From Eledone cirrhosa (Eukaryota): a stretch of 64,000 bases of DNA. Numbering within the stretch: the stretch's first letter is position 1; the number at the start of each line of letters is the position of its first letter. Below the pieces are notes generated by a model. That model was not told where the DNA came from and made no database searches. It saw only the letters and a program-made list of their open reading frames with translations. Positions 50,407-63,937 of the stretch are shown one piece after another. The DNA lies in the NCBI GenBank assembly GCA_964016885.1, contig OZ024742.1:91946001-92010000 (forward strand), in the 5' to 3' direction. A program made the translations under genes and the position numbers.

Positions 50407-53400
50407 ATGACCTCACTCAGTATAGGCAGCATAAATGCGCGTGGCTTGGGGTCGTCATGATTTCGTCAGGGCGGCCTGATTTCTTCCGGCGTCTGGAGAC
50501 CTTTCTTGGAACGTCCCGCTCTTTAGTATCAGTGGGCGACTGGAACGGGATATTAGATGCACGCTGGGACTGTGTGGGATTAGCGGATAGGGGAGGAGGG
50601 ACCAAGAGCCTGACCAACCTGCTCAGGCGTTTTGAACTGTCTAACAGGTACCGATTGTATTTCCCGAATGTGCCAATGTGGACTTGGACAAACCGCACAG
50701 GGTCATCCAGATCATATCTAGATAGAGTATTTTGTAGGGAAATAGATAGGTCTAGCATAGGCTGTCCACAATTCAAGATAGTGTGACTTAGATAGGCTTC
50801 ATAGACGAGACCCCGGCTACTGGAAGCTAAACGCGTCCTTACCAGCGCGCAAGGCCTACAGAGACCGGATTAACGAACTAGTTAAGCGAGCGTTGACGGG
50901 GGCCATCGTCAACAACAAGTGGTGGTTTGCTCTGAAAAGAGCGATTAGAATAGAGTCCATTAGGTTTAGTAAGGCTTTAGCTATAGAGAAAAATAGAGCA
51001 GAGTGAGAACTAGTTGGAAAATTATACGAGGCGCTTAGCAAAGGCATCGCGACCGACGTACTTGCGGCGAAATTGGCCCTTGACCAATTCTTCAATGCAA
51101 AGCACGAAGGCTGCGTTGTCAGAGCTAGGGTGCGTTCTCTCAGACACGAGGGGGACAAAAGCCGTTCAATGGGCCCGAGTGGCGGAGGCGCGTCGTGGTA
51201 ACAAAGCCACGATCCGCTCTTTGGTGGACCACGACGGGCGCATGCTACTCGATCCCGGGAAAATGCGTGAAGCTTTTCAGCGACACTTCGCTCAGCTGTT
51301 CGGGGGCAGCGGCGGGCGGGATCGAGGGATGGATTTTAGTGTCTACCTCGACGGACAGCCGCGGCTCTCGGCCACTGAGGCGGAGTGTTGCGAAAAACCG
51401 ATAACAGCCGCTGAAGTACGGCAGGCAATGACTGGCAGCACAAGGGGTAAATCGCCTGGTTTGGATGGTCTGCCCTATGAACTTTACGTACAGATGCCAC
51501 ACTTGTTCGGAGGCCTCTTGGCGGACGTCTACTGCAACTGGCAACAGAACGGGAGAATTCCCAGCTCTATGAGCCGAGGAGCGGTGGCGCTGTTGAGAAA
51601 GGATCCGAACAAGGGGGATAACATAGATAATTTCAGGCCCATAACTCTGCTAAACACAGAGTTCAAGATTTTGGCCAAGGTGCTAGCAAAGAGGTTGGCG
51701 CTTGTCGCTGGTGGTCTGGTGGGAGAGGCGCAGACATGCGCCATTCCCGACAGATCCATCCACGATAACCTCCACGTCATGCGATACATCGTAGAGAGGG
51801 TAGCTAGGGAACCTGGCACAGGTGGGTCCTTGATCAATTTAGATTAGTCGAAAGCTTTCGATAGGGTCGACCATCGTTACCTAGCGGCAGTCCTGAGGGC
51901 GGCTGGATTTGGGCCCGTCTTCAGAGGCTGGATCGCTGCCATGCACAGCGACATCTGCTCTGTGGTTAGAGTGAACGGTCACCTTTCGGAACCATTCAAC
52001 ATCATGCGCTCGGTCCGCCAAGGATGTCCCCTCTCGTCCCTCTTGTACGTATTGACTCTCGAGCCATTACTGCACAAACTGGAGACGTTGAGGGGGGTCC
52101 CGCGCGAACTAGGATGCAGAAGACCCGTGTCAGCATATGCGGACGATGTCACCGTAGTGGTGTCGAACGCCAAACATATCGAGGCGATCGGCACTACACT
52201 AAGAGAATACGAAGCGGGGACAGGATCAATGATCAACCAGGAAAAGTCAGTGGGCCTGCGGCACCTGGAGAGGCAGGTCCATGCCGTCCAACAGCGTCGT
52301 CGGACGCTGGACGGACGGACCGGTTAAATTGCTAGGGGTCTGGTTCGGTCCGGACCTCCAGACGGACAAAAACTGGGACGAGGTGACGAGCAGGGTGGCT
52401 TCTCTCAACCAGGAATGGACGGAGAGGAAGCTATCCCTGAAAGGTCGAGCGGAGGTGGCTAACACGTATATCGCGTCCGTCATCTACTACCGCCTGACCG
52501 TCGTACCTTGTCCTAAGCCCCGCCTGACTGCGCTGGAGCGTTTTCTCTTTCGCTTTTTGTGGAAGGGACGCGCTCCGATGGTAAGGCGGTGCATCTGCTG
52601 TCAACACCCGCTACGTGGAGGGCTGGGCATGCCGTGGCTGATGATGCCCAGACACGCGCTCAGTCTACGACATCTCCACCTCTTCCTTGACGGTGATCAG
52701 GTGTGGTCGCCGTTTGCTAGACGTCTCTTTCTCCAGCTCGTCTCCTTGACGGAGCTGCAGTCCTGGGTCAAGCGAAGACCGAGAGGGAACGCTTGGAGAC
52801 AGGAATGTCTTTAGGCGCTCTCAGCCCTCGACCAATTGGGCAATGTGATCGGTGGAAACTCCACCTTGGCGTTCTATAGAGGATTAGTGGAGGGGAGAGC
52901 GACGACGTACTTGGAGAAAATCTAGGCGTCTACGAAAATCAACTAGCCAATCTCTTCGGAAGAACTTTCGGGCCGGGGCCTGTGGACAACTTCCAGAATT
53001 CCCTGGCCTGGCAGTGCTACCGAGGAGCTTTGCCAGTTCGGGATAAACTCTACAGGCATGGAGGTGCCGTCAGAAGGGCATGTCCGAGATGCGCGCAGGG
53101 CGACGAAACCGTCCTGCACGCACTCGTCCAGTGTCCGAGCATTGCTGACTTGTGGGTTTATGTCGAACACCTGCTGTCACGTGTAGGACGGATCCAGCTA
53201 TCAGCTGAGTCCATCGTGAGATTTCCCCGCCCTCTTCCTTTAGCCGGGAAGGGCAGGCAGTTTTTATCTGTCTGGTGGCCATGGTAAAAGAGATAGTATG
53301 GTGGACACGAAAGGGCTGAAGACGAGCACTTACCTCTTCGGTGATGCTCTGATTAATTTTTTCAAATTTCATTTGGTTAGAGAGGGAAGTGCTCTCTTCC

Positions 53401-53478
53401 CAGCATTTTGTTGAAAGATGGGTGAGAGAAGCAAGTATGGCCCGAGTTAATGGGCCTACTCTGAGTATGTGTCTGTAA
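50407..53478 (+). pseudogene. LINE ORF2 (APE-RT-ZnF), multiple stops and frameshifts, deletion in the endonuclease domain
   Basis: SINARGLG then a jump to DFFRRLETF; GDWN, YLDR, KSPGLDG, RQGCPLS, YADD, CPRC...ETVLHALVQC. Confidence 0.92.
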
Positions 53479-53752
53479 ATTAAAGGTGGAAAACTGGGAG
53501 AGGGCACTTGCCTTGGTGGTCAGGGACACTGTGGCCTTTTAATGGGCTTTCTCCACAAATGTCCCTCGGAAGTCTCCCCCCCTATTGGGGAATTTTCATT
53601 GTTATTTTTTTGTTACATCCTCTGTTTTTGTTTTTTTTTACACGCAGAAATGCCCATTTGTACCGTCCTATATTGTCCTGTACTGTCCTTAATGTCTACT
53701 TTATGTAAACCCTTGTGGTTAATAAAGAAAGCATTATTATTATTATTATTAT

Positions 53753-56092
53753 TGGTCTAAGCGGACGTATTTTGCTCGCTCACAGTAAGTCGTTTTATTT
53801 GCCTGTTAAAATTATTTGTTGTTAAATATTTCTTGTTGTGTAAGGGATATAAGCCCTTAGACTTTGCCCCGTGAAGGGGAAAGTATAATATTTAGGCCTT
53901 TTGGCCCAAATATTTGAACTTTTTTTACATGTTAAAAAATTTACGAAGAAAAAAAAAACATGGCTGAGTCACGCCCCCCAGCGATATGTCGGCTGTCGTG
54001 CGACAACGACGTCAAAGTTGAGAGGAGCGCTACAGCGAAATTAACACAAATTGATAATACAAACACCACCACAAGCAAGGTAAACAAAGACACCAATGAT
54101 ACCAATGAGAACTCTAATTTTGAAAAAAAATGACAGTAACAGCGACAACGAAAATACAGATAACAAAAAAAAAATAACAAATACAACAACAATATCAACA
54201 CCACTAACATGAAAACAAATAGCGACAACACCAACAGCAACAATACCAACTGCTCCGAGAACAACGGTGGCAACAAAGACAACAATAATAACATCGACAG
54301 TGCTAATAACAACACCAACAAGAACAACGACAACAACAACCCCAACGAAAACAAGAAGAACACTTTCGCTGCGGCAGCAGCAAAAAAGAGGCCATGCTTC
54401 AACATGGACCTCTCAAACAAAGATGAAAAGTTGGCCCAGGCATGGAAGCTCATCAAGCAAGAGCAAACCTGGGCCAACTTAACTGTCCCGGTAGAAGCTA
54501 TTGAGGCAGTGGAGCGCAGAATGGTGCATTATAGATGCATCTCAGCACAAACCAAAAGGGCAGCTTTAATCCCACAAGAAGATGTCGAAGTCGCGCTGAG
54601 GTGCATCAGAGAAGACACCCAGTACATAGAGAGGGGCAGACAGTACGGCACCATTTCGGTGTTGTTCAAGTCAGAAGTCCTCGCTCTGAAACACGCTATG
54701 ACTCCTTGCAAAACCAGCAAGGTCATAATGTACCCCTCCCACATGGAACGGCCCGTCTCCACAGTCCCACCAGGACTTGACATGTGGTGGCTTCTGGGAT
54801 GTGTGATTGTGGAGAGGACGGATACCATCCCTATAGAAGTGACCAGAACGGCCAGAGAGGACTGGTCCGGGGTTGACCTGGAGATCCTTCTCCAGATCAG
54901 GCCCGAGAATGTGAAGACAATCCCGGACCACATCCGCCTTCAGAATGGGACGGTCATTCACATTATGACCGAAGGAAAAAGGCCGCAGTGTTTTGTTTGT
55001 GGGGAAAAACCCATTTGCGAGCCTTCTGCCCTGAACTGCTGAAAGAGGCAAGGGGTCGAAAGGCTCCACTGCTGCCGACGCCGGGGCGAGGACCACAACC
55101 AACACCAGCACCGGCAAAACCACCAACAACAACACCAATAGAAAGACTACCACCAACATTGACCACCCAGCGGGGAAACGAGGAAAGCTGTCAAATTCAC
55201 CCTCCCCCACAAAATACACTCACCAATACAACCATAAACATACATACAGACACACTTACAGACACAGACCCCTCATCTACCAGTAGTGAAAATGAGGGAA
55301 AACCAAAATCCCCCAAAATACAAAAAAGGAAACACAAAAGAAAAAAAAAAACTCAACAAAGCACAAAAGCACCCACAATAAAACACGCAGACACCACCCA
55401 CGCAAACATCTCTCCAATAACACCAACATCAACATCACCATCACCATCACCAGAATCCCCCAAACGCAAACAACCGAAATAGACGCAAGAACAAATATAC
55501 ACACACACATCTGAAACCACAAACACCACACTCACAACAAACACAGATACAACCGAAACAACACCACCAAAACCATCACCACCACAACCATCACCACCAC
55601 AACCACGCAAACAAATAAAATCACACCAACAAAACATACAAAACTTCGTGCTCGTCAGGAGGGCCAACAAGGAACTGATGGCCCTCGTAGCACGAAGTGA
55701 AAATATACAAAAAGAGGGGGAAATTTTTAAATCGAGTACATTTCGCGTGCCGGAAGATTTGGTTCTGGTACGAATGTCGCTCGACATATTCAAAGAAATA
55801 CGAGACAGCTTTCCTCGGGACGTGGGAACCCCGAACATAAAACCCACTTCAAGACTTTTAAAGGGGTTCCCAAAAGAAACCCCACCAACTATGGAGGTCG
55901 AACAACCCGACCTTCACAAGAGCCCGGAAGGTAAGTAAACCTTCCTCTCTCTCTGTTTAACCTGCCAACATGGCCGTATTAAGAGTAGGATGTTTAAATG
56001 TTCGAGGCCTGGGAGCGTCCTGGAAGCAGGTCACCTGCTCAACGAACTCAGGTCTATAGAAATGGATGTAATTGCAGTCAGCGAGACCAGGT
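53753..56092 (+). mobile_element. Tx1-type LINE (element 3): 5'UTR, ORF1 (53960-55938) and first ~120 nt of ORF2; 3' part missing
   Basis: ORF1 EGKRPQCFVCG/KTHLRAFC; ORF2 start MAVLRVGCLNVRGLGASWKQ at 55970; begins right after the (ATT)n tail of element 2. Confidence 0.85.
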
Positions 56093-56175
56093 GTATGTAT
56101 AGTTATATCTATGTATAGTTATATCTATAACTATACATACATCTTAAAAGATATATCGATGATCAGTAGTAATAG

Positions 56176-56352
56176 CAGACCTGCCAACGTCCAAAAACCC
56201 AAACGGGGTGTACTATGGAAAAAAAAACGCCACAAAACGGAGGAAAATGAGGCAAAATGGGGAGATTTTACATAATGAAAGCTATACTCCTCACCCACCC
56301 CCAAAGTGGCTGAGAGATCTCCCTGCCGGAAAGTAGAGAGTTGTCAGGTCTA
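56176..56352. mobile_element. MITE (CAGACCTGCCAAC/GTTGTCAGGTCT) with flanking direct repeat (A)GTAATAG
   Basis: TIRs and a 7-8-bp direct repeat are visible. Confidence 0.78.
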
Positions 56353-56605
56353 GTAATAGTTCGATAATATAAGGAGCTAATAATGATTTCTAATTTAGGC
56401 ACAAGGCCAGAAATTTTCGGAGAGGATAAAGACGATTATATCTCCACTTGTACTTTATTTTTAGAGGTCGGAAGGATGAATGGTAAAGTTGACTCAGGTT
56501 CGATTTGAACTCTGAACGTAAGGAGCCATAAATAAATGCCGCCTTTCATTTTGTCCAATTTTTTATATTTTAACAATTCCGCCAATCCATCACACTTTAT
56601 GGAGC

Positions 56606-56799
56606 TAATAATTGTTTCTACGTTTGGCGCAAGGCCAGAAATTACCCAGTGCATTACTGGTACTTTATTTTATCAACACCGTAAGGATGAAAGGCAAAGT
56701 TAACCTCGGCGGGATTTGAACTCAGAATGGTAAGGGCCGTAACTCTATACGTCAAAGCATGGGGTCCGACCCGCTACCGATACTGCCCATCCACCGCCC
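56606..56799 (-). mobile_element. SINE family 1, with an older related copy at ~56380-56590
   Basis: Reverse complement of the consensus. Confidence 0.85.
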
Positions 56800-57017
56800 T
56801 ATGGCGCTAATAATGATTACGATTTTACTGGCATCAACAAATGCAATCAGATACAGATGAAGTAATATGTAGTTGTGCTGACCATGGCTTTTCCATGGGC
56901 TTCAACAAGCGTAGACACCATCTGGGCCTTGTGTATTACTTCTTACACACCCTTTTATTGCCGTTGATGTTGCTGTTGGCGGTGGGCTTTAGATAAAGAG
57001 ATATATAGTAAAAATTT

Positions 57018-57345
57018 CATAGCTTAGTGGTTAAAACATTGAGCTTGTAATCGGAAGGTTGTGAGTTCGATTCTCGAACCGGGTGTGCGTTGTGTCCTTG
57101 AGCAAGATACTTTATTTCACGTTGCTCCAGTTCACTCAGCTGTAGAAATGAGGTGCGACATCACTGGTGTCAAGCTGTATCGACCATTGCCTTTCCTTTG
57201 GACATAATCGGTGGCATGGAGAGGGGAGGCTGGCATGCATGGACGACGGCTGGTTTTCCACAAACAACTTTGCCCGGACTTGTGCCTCCGAGGGAAACTT
57301 CCTAGGTGCAAACCCCATGGTCATTCGTGACCGAAGGGGGTCTTA
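57018..57345 (+). mobile_element. tRNA-derived SINE, family 2 (CORE-like central domain)
   Basis: A box TAGCTTAGTGG, B box GAGTTCGATTC, then TGTGTCCTTGAGCAAGATACTTTA; decayed relative near 10265-10380. Confidence 0.75.
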
Positions 57346-57552
57346 AAAATGTAAAAATAGTGCAGGTCTGGTACTTTATTTATCGACCTCGAAAGGATAT
57401 AAAGACAACGTTGACGACAGCGGGATATGAATTCAGGGGACACCATTACCAAGGCATTTAATCCTACACACAACCAATGTTTTGAAAAGACATATGTTAA
57501 AAAGTCTTCCTATTATGACCAGTTATAATTACGTTACGTAATGTGTACTTTC

Positions 57553-57890
57553 AGAGTTACGGCCCTTTATGATCTGAGTTCAAATCCCGCCGAGGTTAAC
57601 TTTGCCTTTCATCCTTACAGGGTCGATAAAATAAAGTACCAGTAATACAGTGAGATAATTGCTGGCCTTGTGTCAAAAGTAGAAACAATTATTTAAAAAA
57701 TCAGTGAATTGGCAGTATCGGTAGAGGGTCGGACACCATGCTTTGTAGCAAAGAGTTACAGCCCTTTATGGTCTGAGTTCAAATCCCGCCAAGGTTAACT
57801 TTGCCTTTCATCCTTACGGGGTCGATAAAATAAAGTACCCGTAATGTACTGGTTGAATGCTGGCCTTGTGCCAAAAGTATATACAATTAT
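57553..57890 (+). mobile_element. Two tandem SINE family 1 copies
   Basis: Consensus at ~57553-57692 (5'-truncated) and ~57703-57890. Confidence 0.85.
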
Positions 57891-58272
57891 TTTAAAAGTC
57901 AGTGAGGCAAGATTCAGCTGCTTTTTCTAACAGATCAAGTGACCTGGTTAGAGGTCGTAATTATTAAGGATTGTTAGAGTTAAAGTTAGGGTTTATTAGG
58001 GCTAGGAAGTAAAGATACGAAACTAAATTAACGCCCCATCGTTGTAGTCGTAATAAATTCACATCCGTTTCATTGTAACAATAACGAAGTTTACCGCCTA
58101 AAAATTTCAATGGATTGAGATAGTTTCAAACGGAAATCGAAACTGATTCATGGCTGATTCTAATGGCTTGACAGGTTTTTTCATTTCTCGGAAAAGCATG
58201 ATGTCATCATATTTTACATCGTAGTTAATAGATGTTTAGTTTCAGTTTCGAACCGCTCTCTCTCTCTCTCTC

Positions 58273-58340
<68 letters not shown>

Positions 58341-58351
58341 TCCCTCTCTCT

Positions 58352-58411
<60 letters not shown>

Positions 58412-58820
58412 CAGAACATTTTTAATTAACCATTTAACACACACACAAATTAACAATGTTCTGCTATCTGCTGCACAATGAAACATTTGTTCAGTTTTTC
58501 ATGCTAGAAATTAATTTGTAAACATCATATCTCTGGGCAAGTGGGTTTTTCGTCTTGGTATTTCGTCGTATTGCTTTACTTTCAGTTCAATTTATCTATA
58601 ACCGGATTCATTTAAATATACATTGAAATACGGAGTGGAATGCTGGAGGTGGCATTAACTAAATTAACAGTATTCCATCTCTAAGTTTATGTCATGCACT
58701 GCTGAGATTAGATATAAGGCTGATGTATACACACATAAGCTTCTAATCAAACAGTTATAGAATATGGAGTTACTAGTGGCTTCTGGTATAAAGGTTGAAT
58801 CTCATTGATCCTGGCAGCAA

Positions 58821-59081
58821 CAGACATGTCAACTCGCCCCGTCCGACGGAGAGATCTCCCAACCACTTTGGGGTGGGTGAGAAATGTGAAAATGGCTATA
58901 GCTTTCGTTATGTAGGGGTCGATAAAATAAAGTACCAGTAATGTACTGAGTAATTGCTGGCCTTGTGCCTAAAGTAGAAACAATTATGTAAAATCTCCCC
59001 ATTTTGTCTCATTACTCCCCATTTTGGGGCACTTTTCGTCTTGGTACTCTTCGTTTGGGTTTTTAGAGGTTGGCAGGTCTA
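58821..59081. mobile_element. MITE (same family as 44029 and 56176) with a nested SINE 3' fragment (~58914-58990)
   Basis: TIRs CAGACATGTCAAC/GTTGGCAGGTCT; SINE piece flanked by TTATGTA on both sides. Confidence 0.75.
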
Positions 59082-59825
59082 CAGCAAGGTAAATTAAACC
59101 AAACAAATCTGATACCTATTACCTGACTACTATAGGGAAACTAAACCTGATTGATATGGTTCATAGTTACTCGGCTCGTCGTTGGGATTATGTCTTTTCA
59201 CTACTCCCACTTTGCATCTCATCATGCATCGAATACTACCTTGATTTGTGATCTTTCCGCTCAATTTATACATACGTATGTGTGTGCGCACGTGCGTGTC
59301 GTTCGTCGATATCAGTGAAACATGCATACATCGGTAAAGAAAATGGAAAACATATGCTTTACGAACGAAGTCCTGTGGGACATTTTTCCACATCGAGTTA
59401 CATTCCACGAGAAATGCAGTGAGCCATCGATCGATCTATTGGAATCTTACAACTAAAGAAGATTTTTATTCACCAATTGCCGTATGAATAAATAAATAAG
59501 TCAGTGAACCAAGACAGTGTGAGAGAAAAAGGTGTTCTAATCAGAAACGCAACGAAGCATCAGCTGGAGACACGAACACGTAACATATGATCCATGAACT
59601 GACTGACTAGGAATCTAGCTCACTGAACCATGTCACTCGTATATAACATCAACATCCTCATATAATGGACTAACCACTTATAAAACAGGGATTTTTCAAT
59701 GAAAAGGAATTTGTTAAGTCTACTAATGATGCTGTTGCTTTTTATATACTTTTTACAATTTATGTATGTTAAGCTGACTAATGTATTTTATATATCTAAC
59801 GTTATCGTCCAATTACTATATAAGA

Positions 59826-60763
59826 GACTATCAATAAAGCCCGGCGTTGCTCAGTAGCTGTGTTAAAGTTACAATGTTAAGTTCCTTTCTTGGCTTAAAA
59901 ACTGTAGAGTCTACAGTGTAGACTTTCATGTGTTACTTTTGATTAATATTCCCTCAACCTTATGAAGTTAAGAAAACATAACCATAACTCGAATGTTAAA
60001 ACAAAAGAGGATGCTGGGGATAAAATCTGCACTGGTAATCTATTAACAAAAATCGAAAATGTAAACAATGCAACACTTGTCTCAGAGAAAAACATCAGCG
60101 TAACCAAACTATCAGTTATTTTGAAACAAAGATTTTGGATGGCCATGAAAAACAAAAAAAAAAATGCAATTTTATCGTCTATCACCTCTCTGCACGACTG
60201 TCTGTCTGCACAACTTTATCGCCTATAGTGGCGTTGCTCGGAGCTGCTCAATAGCTGTGTTAAAGTTACAATGTTAAGTTCCTTTCTTGGCTTAAAAACT
60301 GTAGAGTCTACAGTGTAGACTTTCATGTAACTAAATGAAAACCTCATAAGGCTTTATTCTGGATTATATATATAGATCAATGCTTTTTTTACAAAATATT
60401 TGCTTGTTTTACGGTGTATTCAAATAGGCTTGTTTTCAAGTAAAAATATTGTTTTAAAAGACTTTTTAATGGAAATGAAGCAAAATGGAAGCTCAATGTT
60501 GAAACTTTGAACTCATGAATTTTGCGGGTTAAAACTTTGCTGGCCCGAAAACTGTTCGCGTATTTTTGTATCTTTACACGTGGGTCGATTTTTGCACGTG
60601 GGTCGATTTGAAATTTCTTTTTGACCGATGTCTCCGCCGGACCTTCATCTATAAGTGTAGCAATTTCACCGAAATTTGAACGTACGGTTTAGGAGGAGAT
60701 GTGTGCCGACCGTTTTAGTAGACAGACAGAAAGACAGTCAACCTCAGTTTTATATATATAGAT
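59826..60763 (-). mobile_element. Possible non-autonomous Helitron-like element with an internal ~85-bp duplication
   Basis: ACTA...CCCGGCGTTGCTC at one end and (GACA)n...TTTTATATATATAGAT at the other; 59845-59929 repeated at ~60230-60328. Confidence 0.45.
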
Positions 60764-62436
60764 ATGATGAGTCAACTATATCAATATCGTAGAAAGTGGT
60801 AAGATTTGATTTCAGAAAGTGCAGAACCGGATCAGACAGCGCAAAGCCCCTTGTACCACTCTTTCACAATTTCGACAGTCAAGCACTTATGGTCTGGTAC
60901 TTTATTCATTGATCTCGAAAGGATGAAAGGCAACGTTAACCTCTGTGGCTTTAGAATTTAGAGCGCTGTGGGTTGGAACAAATACCGAGATGTTTAATCC
61001 CACCCCCTAACAACTCTGTCCACTTCTACGCCTATACACAAAAACAACAGTAAATCTAACGAAGAGTGTAGCATGAACGCCTGTGTTTCCTACTTTACAT
61101 CTGTTCGAAAGCCACTATCATCTTTTGGTTGATACATTTGATCAAGAAACTGTTTATCACATAAATTGATCTGAATAAACAAATACCTATCCATTTATGT
61201 GGTAGATTTAATCTGTCAGCTAATTTAACGCCATTACCTGGCTCTTGGATGCTCATAGTGGAAGCCAATTTGTTGTAATGATTAGGGCCAGGTCTCCAGT
61301 TTGAAGATAATTTCTTTTTTCCTTTCACTCGAACACTGAAGAAAGGTCACGGGCACTACCCCCCCCCCCCCCCACACACACACAAGATAGAAGAGAAAAT
61401 AAAGAAAAAGAAAACGTATTGACGTGACTGCTTAGACAATAACTATAGATATAAAACGAAAGGCTTGGCATTGAATTTGAACTTACGCCATTATGAATTG
61501 GTGGAGCATAGGGTAAAATGACATTGTGGTATTTGTTTTGACATTTTACGTTTTTAGTTCAAATCCCGCCCAGGTCAACTTTGATTTAATCCTTCCAAGG
61601 TCGATAAAATAAACCAGTCAAGTACTGCGGTTGATTTAACCATTCCCCAAACACTTGCCGAATATGTTGGCACTTCTTCACATCCTTTGACTATCTTTCA
61701 CTTCTCTCTGACAGGTGGTATAAAAGAGATCCCTAAACACTTTGGAAGAACTGCCCCATTTTAGAGAATATATTTCATCAGTTACCATTCTTTCCCTATA
61801 ATTACGATTGGTTTATCCAGTTTTAGATATAATGTATCCGAAAGAAAAGAAAGAGAGGGTCACGACTGGATGCCTTTATTGATAGAGTTGCTTAATCAGA
61901 GCTAAAGAAAAACATGAGGCAGGCACAATTAAAAATATGGGGCTTAATATACTGTTTGATTTGAATTAAATAAAAGTGAAATGAGGCGCCACGTTTGAAT
62001 GCTTTATATAAAAATCTACGCACTCAAATCTAGCCTAGAGTTAACCATTTTGTTGCTGTATTTCCAATGAAAGGCACCACTTCCGATTTTCGATTAATTT
62101 TCAAAAATGATAAAGAATTTGGAGAGACTTAATAATATAACTTATTTCCCATTATTAAGTTACTGTTTGGAACATAACTTTACGAAGGTTATTGAATTTT
62201 TTTTTAAAATGATGTATTGTAAAACCAGGAATGGTTTCAGTGGAGTTGGCTTCAAAAGCGTTAAATAACAGGCATCCAATTTCATTCAAAATTATCAGAG
62301 GTCGATCGGAGTGTAGGTTGTAGGTTAGAAGACAAATACCCGAAGTGTCGTGCCATGTGATCAGACCGATGATCTCATGATTAAAAAGCGAAGATCTCAA
62401 CTATTCGACAATACCTGTTCTCATGAATGTCATGAG

Positions 62437-62838
62437 TAATAATTGTTTCTACTTTAGGCACAAGGCCAGCAATTACTCAGTGCATTACTGGTACTTTATT
62501 TTATAGACCCCGTAAGGATGAAAGGCAAAGTCAACCTCGGCGGGATTTGAACTCAGATCGTAAAGGGACGTAACTATGCTGAAACGCATGGCGTCCGACC
62601 CTCTACCGATACTGCCAATCCACCTTTGTTATGTAGGCACAAGGCCAGTTATTTGGGAGGAGGGGAAAGTCGTTTAAATCAACCCAGTACATTACTGGTG
62701 CTTTATTTTATCGACCCCGTAAGGATGAAAAGCAAAATTAACCTCAGCGGGATTTGAACTCAGATCATAAAGGGCCGTAACTCTATGCTGCAAACAATGG
62801 TGTCTGAGGCTCTACCGATACTGCCAATCCACTGCCCT
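62437..62838 (-). mobile_element. Two adjacent SINE family 1 copies
   Basis: Reverse-complement consensus twice; AATGTCATGAGTAATAAT directly repeated on both flanks (TSD-like). Confidence 0.85.
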
Positions 62839-63084
62839 AATGTCATGAGTAATAATGAATGAGTTATCTGTTCGTATGAACAACTTCTGGTAGTTTTGCT
62901 GAAGTAAATTTCGTATAATTAGATCGTCTCTATAAGAAACCACGTTGGCAAAAACCGAAACGCCCCACATTGAATGTGAGATTTATGACCTCAGCAGGTA
63001 CATGCTGTGAATATACTCTCAAAATGGGCCTTATCAATGTGAGATAATATATCAACATATTTTGACTACAAAAATGATTTACTT

Positions 63085-63118
<34 letters not shown>

Positions 63119-63132
63119 TATATGTGTGTGAG

Positions 63133-63163
<31 letters not shown>

Positions 63164-63192
63164 TATATACTCACACACACACACACACGCAC

Positions 63193-63269
<77 letters not shown>

Positions 63270-63286
63270 TGTGTGAGTATATATAT

Positions 63287-63884
63287 ACTAGCCGAATTAC
63301 CCGCGCCTTGCTGCGTTTCACACATTTTTGTTTTGTAAGGAAATGATGATTTATTTTAAATCCGTGATATAATTTATGGAGAAGAAATAAGGGGTAAATG
63401 TTAAAAAAATAGAGGCATTAACTAATAATTTTTGTTGTCATAATTCTAGTGATGTTTTGCCATAGATAAAATGTCTAAAATAGCCAAATTTTACTATAAA
63501 ACAGAGGTGCTTTTTTTGTGGATTTACGTTTAATTAATAGAAAAATCCCGTGATAATAGAGGTTCCAATACTCAAATTATGGGCTTCCAAAATTTTCACT
63601 ATAGGGGGTTTAACCCTATTAGAGTGCCTTAATATTATTGAAATTTGCTGAAATTTTGTGAATAGGCATCATATCTTGTCATTTAACTATGGTTTAAATC
63701 GAAAGGAAAAAAATTTTCAGCGGGGGTTTGTGCCCCCTGGGGAACACTTTGATAAAAATGAAATATACTTATCCAAGTACCCTGGGCAATAAAGTTTCAG
63801 AATATATACGGTTATGGGGGTATATCTCCCAAACCATAGGAGTTCGTGAACAAACAAATCGGAACTACAACTTTATATATATCG

Positions 63885-63886
<2 letters not shown>
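63287..63886 (-). mobile_element. Non-autonomous Helitron-like element
   Basis: Minus strand starts (A)TC and ends with a GC-rich hairpin-like segment plus CTAG(T); no TIR or TSD; sits in (TA)n. Confidence 0.55.

Positions 63887-63937
<51 letters not shown>

Larger units (their letters stand above)
48007..53732 (+). mobile_element. Near full-length Tx1/L1-clade LINE (element 2) flanked by (ATT)n
   Basis: ORF1, ORF2, 3'UTR, AATAAA and (ATT)n tail; ORF2 is clearly homologous to element 1. Confidence 0.9.

Noticed and set aside
57018-57085. tRNA gene
   Set aside because: A and B boxes are present but acceptor and anticodon stems do not pair well, and the sequence continues into a SINE body.
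59943-60228. 80-88 aa ORFs
   Set aside because: Inside a repeat-like element; no domain signature or splice support.
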